This document shows positions 25,560-37,073 of a DNA stretch of 64,000 bases, one piece after another. Made by a program: the position numbers and the translations under genes. Within the stretch, counting starts at the first letter, position 1; every line of letters begins with the position of its first letter. This DNA comes from Podarcis liolepis (taxonomy: Eukaryota). Under the pieces are notes generated by a model, which did no database searches, was not told the origin of the DNA, and was given only the letters and a program-made list of their open reading frames with translations. Location: the NCBI GenBank assembly GCA_965112155.1, contig OZ218107.1, one strand, 5' to 3'.

Positions 25560-25960
25560 TAGGGATGAGAGAACCTGTCAATCTTAGTTTCTTTCAGTTT
25601 CTCATTTTTCCTGTCTTATGCTCAATTCTCCACAAATGTCTTGTCATTTTTTTTTCATCTTCATGAAAATTCACCAGTATTTTAATGCAAATTTCTCTGG
25701 GCATTTTTGCCTAATAGACACATTTTTGCAAACAAATTCCCCATAATATATTGCAGTAGGAAGCATGCAATTTTCACTAATATATACCCTAGCATATATT
25801 TTTTTGGTAAATATTACTTGCCTGGAAAATTGCATTTCAAAATTTGGAGAAGTGTGAATTTCAAAGGATGATTGTGTTTCGTTTTCTGTATTTATTTTGG
25901 AAAGTGTAAATTAGGTCAGTTCACCTTTAAATACAAACTGAATTAAACCCCTCTCCCATT
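25560..25960 (+). mobile_element. AT-rich non-autonomous DNA element (TAGGGATG end, hAT-like)
   Basis: Shares tcagtttctcatttttcc, tcatgaaaattca and aaaatttggagaagtgtga with copies at ~7632-7960, ~17250-17640, ~30537-30790 and ~36240-36665. Confidence 0.7.
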
Positions 25961-26877
25961 TTTTGCCAAAACAAAGTTACTTTATTATCTGAAAAGAAAT
26001 GACATACACCCAGGCTTAACAGGCTAGGAGTTTCTGTATGTTGTTTCTTTGCTAATTCCTGTTTAATTGCATCTTTTTCCTCTCCTTGCTACCCTTCAGC
26101 TGTTGCTACTCCTTTCCTAGGATAATCCCTTCGCAATTCAGGAATAGTCACCATTTCACCAGATATGTACTCTGCCCCTTCTTTCTGTCCCTCTGTTTGG
26201 TTTAGATAGTTTCTAGAATTGGTCCAAAAAACTTGTGTTTTTATGGCATGCATATTATCATTATGATGGTGGTGCATATTGCAGTAGGAAGCATTAAAAT
26301 CTAAAATTGAAATGTTGTATTCTCACTATTCAACTGATCTCATATAAGAGGGGCTGCCTGGGGATGGGGAAATCTGGGTCAAAAGGAAAGCTGTGTGGGC
26401 ACTGGTGTTGTTTTAATTTCAGTTCCATGGGACACAGAGTTGGCCTTATTTTTCTAAGCATTTCTGAGTACAAAATGCATCTTTGAAATAAAGTGTTGCT
26501 TGAATGATGAGAGGCGAAGTAAACAAAGACTCGTGCTTCATTGTATTCATGCTTTTGCAGTATTCGCCCATATCTCTGACTTGACCAGTTCATGCTTCCA
26601 GTGACCTGTCTGTCTGTTGATTAAAGTTATATAAGAGAGAATTAAGGTTATGAGCTTTAGAACATCCTGTTCAGGGCAGCATGCAACATTAGACTATGTA
26701 TGTATTAAAATGAGACAGCAATAATGTTGGCATTTCTCTTTCTTTGCTGTTAAAACATTCAAATCATGTTAAATCGGTCCTTGGTGAAGACTGTGAAGGA
26801 TGTTGTGGGAAAAACAAGGAGAAGCTGAATGCATTGTACATGGCAGGAGGAAGCACTTTAGCGGGATGGTCAACAAA

Positions 26878-27249
26878 TGTTATGTTATGTTATGTTATGT
26901 TATGTTATGTTATGTTATGTTATGTTATGTTATGTACTAAGCTTGGATCCTAGAACAATAGACAAGTAGGATCCTAGAATGCAACAACTGATTGGCTTGC
27001 AGGAGAAGACCAATCAGGCTCCAGGAGGAAGTTAATCAGCCTATTAGGCTGGTAGGATCGTAGAATGCAACAACTGATTGGCCTGCAGGAAAAGACCAAT
27101 CAGGCTCCAGGAGGGAAGCAGAATCAGCCAATCAGACGGGGGACTCATTGTGTAAATAATGTATACAAAAGTCTGAGGTTTGGGGGCAGTTCAATAACTG
27201 TTTTACAAGCTGCAATAAAGAGCATGAAATATACTCTGAGTATATTTCA
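26878..27249 (+). mobile_element. Solo-LTR-like element with (TGTTA)11 at its 5' end
   Basis: TG...CA ends, five CCAAT/ATTGG boxes, an 86-bp-period internal duplication, a TATA-like segment and AATAAA near 27214. No clean TSD found. Confidence 0.65.
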
Positions 27250-27567
27250 GAATCCATGTTTTTAGACAGCATGATCTTAACAGTTAATTGATTCACTCTG
27301 TTGCTTGCTTGCTTTCCCACTTCCTCGAGTGGTGACAAATTCCTCGGGCAGCGCTACCCAGGCTTGGCCTCCTTTAGATGAGAGAGCACTGAAGACTTGC
27401 ACTGTTTTTGCAATGCTTGCTTCATTTACAAATATAGAAACAGCGTAAGTGGATGCAAACAGTCAGCAGGCACTCTTAGAAGGCAGCAGATCTGCCCTAT
27501 AATCACATCAGGTCCTCAGAGAGGCCTTCAGCCTTTAACCAACTCACATAGCCTTACCTCTTCCAAA

Positions 27568-27631
<64 letters not shown>

Positions 27632-29375
27632 TGCTGCCCCACAGTGCTGAAATCAATGAGAAGGTGAGGCAGAGTTCTGCTGGTCAGACTCAGAATAGAT
27701 ATGGAGCTTTGGTTCAAAGCCACTGCCTGGGTAGTAAGGCCCTGTGAGTGCAATGGAACTTACTTGTCTCACAGTAAGAGTGCATGGGAGTGCCCATGCT
27801 CTCTGATGCATATAGAGTTCTTGTGTCTGTACGGATCTCCATTCACTTCCATGGAAGGAGGTGATCCAAATTTGCATGCATAGATCAGCTCCCTACATGG
27901 AAATGATAGACTTAGCAACAGAATTCTGTACACCAGACCTGATATTTTAAATGTTAAGCATATATGCTGTTTTGCTAAAGATGGGTCTCAGCATACAGCC
28001 TACTCCCTCCTCCCCCCAAAACCCCTCATAACACTACGTTTGTATATTTGTATAAGATGCAGGACAAGGATGTGGAACCTCTCAGGCTCCAGATGTTGCT
28101 GGACTTCCATCAGTCTCAGCCAGCATGGCCAATCAACAGGCACTATGGGTGTCAGTCCAACAACATGTGGAGAACCCCAAGTTTTTCATTTACATCTATC
28201 CATTTAAGTTGAAGGTGAAAGAGCTACTGCTACTGAAACTAGACTTCACTTTGAGGGTTGTTTGCTCCAATTTCACATGTGTAAAAATTATTGTCTTTTC
28301 GGATAGAGATATTCCAAATTACAACCTTAAGTAAATTAGATCTTCTTAAACAGCTACAACTCAAATCATTTTAGTCTTTTTTTAAAAAAAAAAAAGGGGG
28401 GGGGGAGAAATGCAACCATTTTCCATTGCCAAGGTGATCACATGCAAAAACCAGCTTTTCCCCTCATGATTTTTTTCAGTGTTCAGAGAAAAAAATGTTG
28501 CTGGAATGTGAATCAAAGATCTGGGTACTTTCCAGCAGTCCACACTATGAAGGATTTTGGCAATGGGAATGAGCTGTTGGTTTCAGTGAAAAGTAACAGA
28601 TGCAAACTGCAGCTCCATATGGATGATGCCCTTAAGAGTTTCCAGTAACTCCTCCAGCACCACTGGCAAAGGGCAGTTATTGGTCTGCATCCTAGGAGCA
28701 GACAAAGTTTGGCTTTCACTGTAGTAGGAATAAGTGCATCATGCGGTAGATTCTCTCCCCCTCCCCCCACTGAATTGTTCAATTAACTACTGGGGAAACT
28801 TGCAATGGGGAATTGAAAGTGGAGATCGCTTGCAGATGTCATCTTGGAGGCAATATTTGACTGTGCACATTGTTTTTCAAAACTTTCTTCCAAGAAGCAG
28901 CAGTCTTCGGTTTCCACTCCACAATGATGGAGAGTACACTGCCTTGCTCATGTAAAATAATAATGATATGAATATGAAGTGAGAGACAATTTCCTCTTGA
29001 CCTACTTCCTAAGCAGCGCTCAGTCAGTGCTCTTTGGTTTTGGGAAGGTAAAACAAAACCAGAAAAGAAAAAGCACCACCCACCCACATTTCCCAGGCTC
29101 CATGTGTTGCTTGGTGCCAACCACACAGCCAGTTACTTACTCCTGATAGGCAGTTTCCTTAACAATTTCCTTTCATCTTCTGGCAACACCCAGAGTGACT
29201 TGCCAGACTGGTTGTTTGACTTTCAGGTCCAAACTAGATGAAGTGACAGCGGGTCCATTTGCTTAAACCCAACTCTGCTTTGTTCATGCTTTAAATCAGT
29301 GGTGGCCAAACTTGGTCGTGAACTTTAAATGTGCTTTAAGTGTATGATGCAGATGTGATAAGAGAGAAACTGATA

Positions 29376-29654
29376 CAGTGGTACCTCACAAGACGAATGC
29401 CTCGCAAGACGAAAAACTCGCTAGACAAAAGGGTTTTGCGTTTTTTGAGCTGCTTCGCAAGACGAATTTCCCTATGGGCTTGCTTTGCAAGACGAAACGT
29501 CTTGCGAGTTCTTGCGAGTTTGTTTCCTTTTTCTTAAAGCCGCTAAGCCGTTAATAGCCGCTAAGCCGCTAATAGCCGTGCTTCGCAAGACGAAAAAACC
29601 GCAAGACGAAGAGACTCGCGGAACGGATTAATTTCGTCTTGCGAGGCACCACTG
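29376..29654. mobile_element. Tigger-like MITE, CpG-intact, with GCAAGACGAA internal repeats
   Basis: CAGTGGTACCTC / GAGGCACCACTG TIRs with TA TSD. Confidence 0.9.
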
Positions 29655-30014
29655 TACTGCAAAGAGATAAGCCACAGGTGGGAGAAGGTTCAGCACCAAC
29701 TCCCCTATTGTTCCTTTCACTGTCCAAATTGGACTCTCCTCCCCTTTGCTAAGTGATTCAGGCAGATCCAGAATTGATCCTCAGACATAAGCACATCCCT
29801 CCTGTAGAAGTAAACCATGCCTTAATTTCATACATTTGCACATCAGAACATTGGACTTCCATTGTGAAGGAAGTGGAGAGGATCAGCATTGCAATACAGC
29901 ATTGCTTTCCTGTAACGGCTCTGAATCATGCTCAGAGACTGCATTCCTGTGGGGTGAATTGTGCCGAGTGCTTTTCAGAAGTCAGTGTCTTTCCACTGCA
30001 CTGTTCACATATGC

Positions 30015-30150
30015 CAGGCATAGGCAAACTTGGCCCTCCAGATGTTTTGGGACTACAACTCCCACCATCCCTAGCTAACAGGACTAGTGGTTTTAGATGA
30101 TGGGAGTTGTAGTCCCAAAACATCTGGAGGGCCCACTTTGCCTATGCCTG
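30015..30150. mobile_element. Palindromic hAT MITE
   Basis: CAGGCATAGGCAAA / TTTGCCTATGCCTG TIRs, same internal hairpin family as 1196. Confidence 0.88.
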
Positions 30151-31285
30151 ACATGCATTTTATGCTCAGGGCCTACATTCTTTACTAGAAGAGTCATGTT
30201 ATACAAAGTCATTCTAGGAGAGCCCCAATTTCTCTCTGCCCTACTTTCTAGAGAGGAAGTAGTTCTTCCCTTTCCTTGTGGTGAACAGAGGCAATCTGGG
30301 ACTAGAGCCCAACCCTTGTTCAATGGTAGTCATGTCATTTGTATGTAGAAGGTCTCAGGTTCAATTCGTGACATCTCCAGATGAGGCTCGAAATGTCTCC
30401 AGGGTGAAACCCTAGAGACAGCTGCTGTGCTGGATCAATGAATGAAGTGACTTACTGCCCCGGTTTGGTGTGGGGAAGTAGGGTTTTTTCCTGAACCTCC
30501 TGGCTGTGTCCTTCCGTTGAAAGACAGAGTGGTGTATAGGGATGGAGAAATCTATCTACTTTGGTTTCTCTCAGTTTCTCATTGTCCCAGTTTTAAGTAC
30601 AGTTCTCCACATTTCCACATCAGCTCACAATTTTCTTTTGAAGTCCTCATGAAAATTCACCAGCATTTTAATGCAAATTTCTCCAAATATGCATGTTTGT
30701 TTGCAGTGTTGCCTAATATATACATTTTTTTTTTTGCAAATCAATTGCCCCTAATGTAATGCACCTTTGTGTGTTACTTTCCGTAATACAGGCACATAAG
30801 TCCATTTTGGCTCAACTGAAGAAGACGAAAAAATATGTTTCAACTGCCTGATCAGTTAGATATAGAAATAACTTTTTAAAAGTCCCATGCATTTCAGTGG
30901 AAATGAAATTTAAGCAGACTGTTATCCCAACTTCAAAGTGCTTAACTTTGGCTAGATTTCCAAATAATAGTTGGGCAGATGACAAGCCCTCACACTTTCT
31001 AGATTCGCTTAGAATTTATATGCCACTTCCCCACAAACAATGCTCCTCAAAAGCAGCTCACAGTACATATAATCAACCAAAATTGATACTCCTCACTTGC
31101 TTGAGTGTCAATAAGACCCAAGGGCCGGTTTCATTTGGAGGAGAGAGTGCTGGAGATTCATGGCATTTTTGCAATGCTTTGTATATAACTACAGCCCTAC
31201 AGACTTCTCTATCTAGCTCTTGGGACACTCCCCAGGCCGAAAATCCTCTCTGGACTGCACCTCTGATTTCCACGCTGTCACCCTC

Positions 31286-31375
31286 CATAGCTGTCAACTT
31301 TTCCCTTTTCTTGCGAGGAATCCTATTTGGAATAAGGGAATTTCCCTTTAAAAAAGGGAACAGTTGACAGCTATG
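31286..31375. mobile_element. 90-bp hAT MITE
   Basis: CATAGCTGTCAACT / AGTTGACAGCTATG TIRs, TSD tcaccctc/ccagcctc. Confidence 0.85.
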
Positions 31376-32639
31376 CCAGCCTCACTGGCCTGCTTTATGC
31401 TTTCCTGTATCAAAACTCGGGTGAGGGGAAAAGAATTATTTATTTATTTATTTATTTCATGAAATTAATATACTGTCTGATTATTTTTTAAAAAAAACCT
31501 AAAAGTGATCTACAAAAGGAACAAAACAATCAGGTTATCAGTAAAAAACAGTTCAAAAGACTCAAACAATAACAATTAAAATCAGTGCTAAATTAAAAAC
31601 AGATTAAAACACATGTCAATGTTTTATATATCTTAGTAGGCTTGCTTAAACAAAAAATGTGGGGGTTTTTTGCAGGCAGCGAAAAGAGTACAGTATAATG
31701 AAGGCACCTGTCTGGTGGCAATAGACAGGTGGGTGCTGTCGCACAAAAGTGTGGGAGCTGCCACACGAAAAAAAGGTTGATTTCTTGTATCAGTGCTACA
31801 TCTGCCCTCCGTTTCTCCAAGGGACATGGAGTGGTGGAGACATCCAAGATGGTGGCTTAATTTTTCAAAGCACATGCCAGCTCCTCTCCCAGCACATTAA
31901 TGTGCCCCAATCCAGCGTGTAATTTGATAATTGTTGCCTCAAGCTGGATCCTCAAGCTGCTTGTATGTTCTTCGTGGCTTGGTTTTCCTGTGTTTCTTCT
32001 TTTCTAGTGCTGCTAGGATCCTAATATAGGTTTTCATGCAGCACAGAATGATCACATCCAAGAGCCCTCGTTAGTGTATGTATTTATATGGGCAGGGTAG
32101 CTCTCGGTCCTTGATAAAGCTGCGGTCCTTTGCTCTAAATAAGTTGCATTAAGTGTCTGGAAATATAAATGAGCATTTTGTGTTGGTTTCTGAACTCTTA
32201 ACCTCCATCCTTTCAAGTCCTAATAATAATACAGGTTGCCTCTGAATTACACAAATGCACTTTTGTGGTTTCTTGCAGGAGTGGGATATATTATCCTGAT
32301 AACATATGACCCCTTTTAGGCGTTATCACATCTAATCCATAATGCACTGGAAATCTGCCGGTGCATTAGGCCGACAAGGATGGAGAGCATATGATTAATG
32401 CACTAGGAAAGATTACTCAGGGCGGGGGGGGGGGGGCAGGCAGAGAGCAGGCTCAGTGTAGATTTACCACCCAGCACCACCTGCTGGTTAGCCCATGTGT
32501 TTGCTTTTAGAAATAAGAATACAATAGAATAATGGAAAGGGGAAGAGAACAATACAGAGAAGGCAAAGATAGAAGAAAGAGTGAGAAGGAGAAAAAGAGA
32601 CAGGCTTAAGGAAAAGGGCATATTAAAGACAGAAAAGGC

Positions 32640-33110
32640 AGGTTAGTGACATGGTGGAAGAATATAAAATTACGCATGGTGCATAAAAAGTGGACGGAGA
32701 AAAGTTTTTCTCTTGGCATAACGCTAGAATCCAGGACATCCAATGAAGCTGAATATTGGAAGATTAAGGACAGGCAAAAGAAAGTACTTCTTCACACAGT
32801 GCATAAGTAAACTGTGGAACTCACTGCCACAGGAAGCAGTGGTGGCCACAAACTTGGATGGCTTTAAAAGAGGGTTAGAGAAATTTTGGAGGAGGAGGCT
32901 ATCAATGGCTGCTAGCCATGTTCTGCTTCTGCTGTTGGAGGCTGCATGCTGCTGAATGTCAGTTGCTGGGAGTCACAAGTGGGGAGAGCCCAGTTGCACT
33001 CAGGTCCTGCTTTGGGGCTTCCCACGGGCATCTGATTGGCCCCTTTGAGAACAGGAACTTACTAGATGGACCTTTGGCCTGATCCAACAGGATTCTTCCT
33101 ATGTTCTTAA
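32640..33110 (+). mobile_element. CR1-type LINE 3' end
   Basis: MKLNIGRLRTGKRKYFFTQ..LWNSLPQEAV..LDGFKRGL, then a 3' UTR ending cttatgttctt. Related pieces at 9575-9750(-), 46283-46600(+) and 60890-61260(+). Confidence 0.85.
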
Positions 33111-34957
33111 GGTCTCATGTTTCAGGTGGTGTTAGAGGCTGACCCTACTATGATTAAAGCCCACCAGTTTAAAGCAAACTTGGACTCCATTGCACACTCC
33201 TTGCTGTGCTCCCAACGGTAGAAGTATGTTCTGTATCTGCTCTTCCTGAGTTATTCTGGAGGCCGTGCAGGAATGCTGCTGCTGCTGCACTACCCCATGC
33301 ATCAGCTGTTAGGCAGGGAGGCTGAACAGCCCAAACAAAGCCCCGCTGAGTCTCCGATCTCTTTGGGGCTTCCTTCGCTCTCACGGATGTCCTCTTTGGG
33401 CTCTGGGTGGGGGTGTCTTCTTGCGAGCCCCACGGACTCTCTAGCTCTCTTCCGCCATTTCCTGGTATGGTTTTATTTATTTATTTATTTATTTCATGGT
33501 GCCATACATATACGGTACGTGATCACATGCGAGTCAACCACGCATAAGTGGGGGCCCGCATCTGTACTGCATCATGCGTCACATGCACACACATTCCACA
33601 TACAGAAGGACGACAAGCAAACTTAGCGGGGCAGGCTGTGTAGCACACTCAGTTTTCTTCCCCCAACAACTTGCTGTGACCTCCAGCAACCGCTGCCTGA
33701 GGGGGCCACTGCACTCTGTCTAATTGTAGGGCTGGCCTGAGTGTGGAGTTAAAAAAGAAAAGATCAGCTGCTTGAAGAAAAAGAGACGGCCCATAGATTG
33801 TTCCATTCTCCTGCCTCACATAATTCCTCTTGCTGATCTCCCTGTCAAGGCAGATCACGTGGACAGGCAGCAACTTGAGAAACGGTTCAGGGAGCATTGC
33901 ATTAAGGTTTCTATGGTGCAAGTGCCATGAAAAGCATCACTCATTTCAGAATGGGTCAAGAGTTTATACACTGGGTATATCTTGATTTTCCAGTTGTGGA
34001 AGAAACATATATCTCTCTGCTTGACAACAGGTACATTCCAGGGCAAGCCCATGCCTTTCGCTGTAGACATTCTCACATTTGCCCACCAAAGAGGTAAAAG
34101 GGATATATTTCATTCGACCAACTGGTGTGTGTGTGTGTGTGTGCTCTTAAAAAACAACCTTAGAAATAGTTGAAGTTTATGAGGATTTTCAGGAGCAGGT
34201 ATTCACAGTACAAAATAAATGCAAAACAGGTTCATACAGGTCCCTAGCTATTATTGTTTGGCAACTTTGTGAGGGGGCTGCAGTGCTGATTACATTTTCT
34301 GTAGTCCAAACCAAAGATATAATTAAAAGTGTGACATATCTTGCCTCAGTGGCCAAAAATGCAGCAATTAAGGGCCCACCAGAATGACAGATCTTTAGGC
34401 AAAGTGCCCATAATTTCTATGTCACATCTTTGCAAGCGAGGAAATGTTTCACTTTTGCAGAAGGCATTAAAGAATTGTCTATTTTTCTGTAACTATAGAG
34501 ATTGAATGTAAAATATCCAAAAAAAAAAACAAAAAACAAAAAAAAACAACCCATCTGAATAAAACAAAGAGGCCTATCAGATGTCTATATGGGAATCCCA
34601 CAAACAGGCCATAAAGGCAACATCCTTCTCCAGAAGCTACGTGTATCTTCATTTCCCCCTGATAAAGATACCATCATAATGCATAAGAAAGGCCTTGTTT
34701 CAACAGGCCAAAATCCCATCTAGTCCAGTACCCTGTTCTCACAGTGGCCAACCATAGAATCATAGAAATGGAAGATACCCCAAGAGGTCATCTGATCCAA
34801 ACCCCTGTAATGCAGGAATCATGGCTGAAGAATCCATGATGGGTTGCCATCCAACCTCTGTTGAAAAACCTCCCACGAATGAAAGCCTGCCACCTTCTGA
34901 GGCCGTTGAATTGTAGGGTTGGAAGGGAACCCCAAGTCCAACCCCTTGCAGCTAAGG

Positions 34958-35207
34958 CAAGTCCCAGTGTGGTGTAGTGGTTAAGAGTGGTGGACTTGTA
35001 ATCTGGGGAACCGGGTTCGCGTCTCTGCTCCTCCACATGCAGCTGCTGGGTGACCTTGGGCCAGTCACACTTCTATGAAGTCTCTCAGCCCCACTCACCT
35101 CACAGTGTGTTTGTTGTGGGGGAGGAAGGGAAAGGAGAATGTTAGCCGCTTTGAGACTCCTTAAAGGGAGTGAAAGGCGGGATATCAAATCCGAACTCTT
35201 CTTCTCC
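34958..35207 (+). mobile_element. tRNA-derived Squam3-like SINE with (CTT)n tail
   Basis: A-box tggtgtagtggtt, B-box-like gggttcgcgtc, MIR-like core ctgggtgaccttgggccagtcac. Older relatives at 38790-39003(-) and 61900-62109(+). Confidence 0.85.
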
Positions 35208-36784
35208 TGGGATGCTTGCAAGCGGAGCCTGAATGCAATAGCATTCTCCTCGCTTGTGGGCCCCAGCAACTTATATTTAGAGGCACACTGTGTTCAGAGG
35301 CAATGGAAACAGCAGCAGCCCTTTTTGGTAATTTTGGTAAAAGTTGTGGTCAAAACATGCCAAGCAACTTCCATAGATAAATTGTAGCTTTCAAGCTACT
35401 TCTTTCTTTTGAAAGAACTGGTTTTAAAAATAAATATTCTTAAGTAGTTCTCAAGATGACATGCTAGGACGTCTTAATAGTCACAGGAAGTCACTAGATC
35501 ATCACAGGGTCCTCTCAGCATGAGAAAAGCACCTACCCCAAAATTTCTGCTCTCTTCTGCACAAATCCATTACTCTTTTGTTCTGGATGAAACATTGATC
35601 TTGGACCTAAATTTCACAGAAAAGCTCTTCAAATTGGGATCATAACTGTGGGTAAGAAGGGAACTACTTGAACCTCAGATGTAAAGGCCATTTATGTTTC
35701 TTAGACTTGGCTCTTAGGATTTGGGGGCATAAGCATGCAATCCTGGGAAACTAGTTACCTTTACACTTTTATATTTGTAAGAATAATTATGCACTTATTC
35801 CTGTGCTTCCCTATTTCTCTTCAGTTTTTAATACATGCCTCCCCCTCCACTTCCTGCTAACCTACTTTTAATTTCAGGGTCTTTCTAATTTGATTTCTGT
35901 TCCTACCTTAAGCACTGTTGGTGAGGAATCCGCTGTGGTTGCTAAATAGGAGTGAGTCAAATATATAGAGCTTCTGTGTCCTGGTTTTTAAAATAATTAT
36001 TCTAAGTAATCCTCCTTGTACACATGACACTTCTCATCTTGGAAAGGGTTTCCCCTGGGAGCTACTGTATATGAAACTGCATTAGCAAGTCGCAAGAGCT
36101 TCTGCAAAGCAGTTTTTAGGCTCATGTTCATTTGAAGTTACTTTAACATCAAGAAAATGGGGCTTCATCAAGCAAAGAGAAAAAATATTTCTTAATGCCA
36201 CCTCTCAGCATTGCTAAGCATCAATCAATATCAATCAGTGTTCAAGCTGATTTCAGTCTCACACATTTTCATTTATAAGTGAATGCCAGTTTCACACATA
36301 TTCATTCATTTCATCCTATTTCTGTATCAATCTGAGAATCTTTGTAAAATCATTCAAATTCAAATTCTTATTTTTACTGTGTTTTCCCACAAAATGCACT
36401 TATTTTACTCATTTTACTATAAAATACACTTGATATGCATTTTAGCCTAAATTATGTACTTTCATACCATCCTAAAACAAAAACGCACATTTTATATGCA
36501 TTTTGTTTTTTGTTATTTTTTGAGCTGGAAATTGAATTGCAAAATTCAGAGATGGATGAAAATCAAAAGGCAATGGTGCTCCAATCCACACATTAGTCCA
36601 GGAACTGCAAATCAGGCTGCTTCACTTAAAAGTGAAATCTGAATGAAATCCTCAAGCAGCCCCACTGGCAATGACATCATTTGGGGCTTGTCCACAAATC
36701 ATCATCATCATCACCTACCCATTTCTACTTGTTATTCCCAATCAACAATATGGGGGTGATAATGATTCATCTGACCATTATGTG

Positions 36785-37073
36785 CCGTATTAGCCTGAAT
36801 ATAAGCCGCACCCGAATATAAGCCGCATCTTTAAAATTCAAGGGGGGAAAAGAAAAAAAGACAATAAAAAGACAATGTACCATATTGGCCTGAATATAAG
36901 CCGCTCCCTTAAAATTCCACAGGCACTGACACCCATTCCATTTTACCGTATGTCTCTTTCAGCAGTGATATTGTAAAAGCCAGTTTTGGTAAGGCCCCTA
37001 ATTTAAGCCGTACTTTAACTTTTCACAGTCAGAATTTGGGGGGAAAGTGCAGCTTATATTCAGGCCAATACGG
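36785..37073. mobile_element. Tc2/pogo-like MITE with duplicated left end
   Basis: CCGTATT(A/G)GCCTGAATATAAG TIRs at 36785 and 37073, plus an internal TIR copy at 36880 preceded by TA. Confidence 0.8.

Noticed and set aside
30811-30830. CTGAAGA..GAAA hammerhead-like core
   Set aside because: Only 4 nt between the core boxes, and no stems I-III can be drawn.
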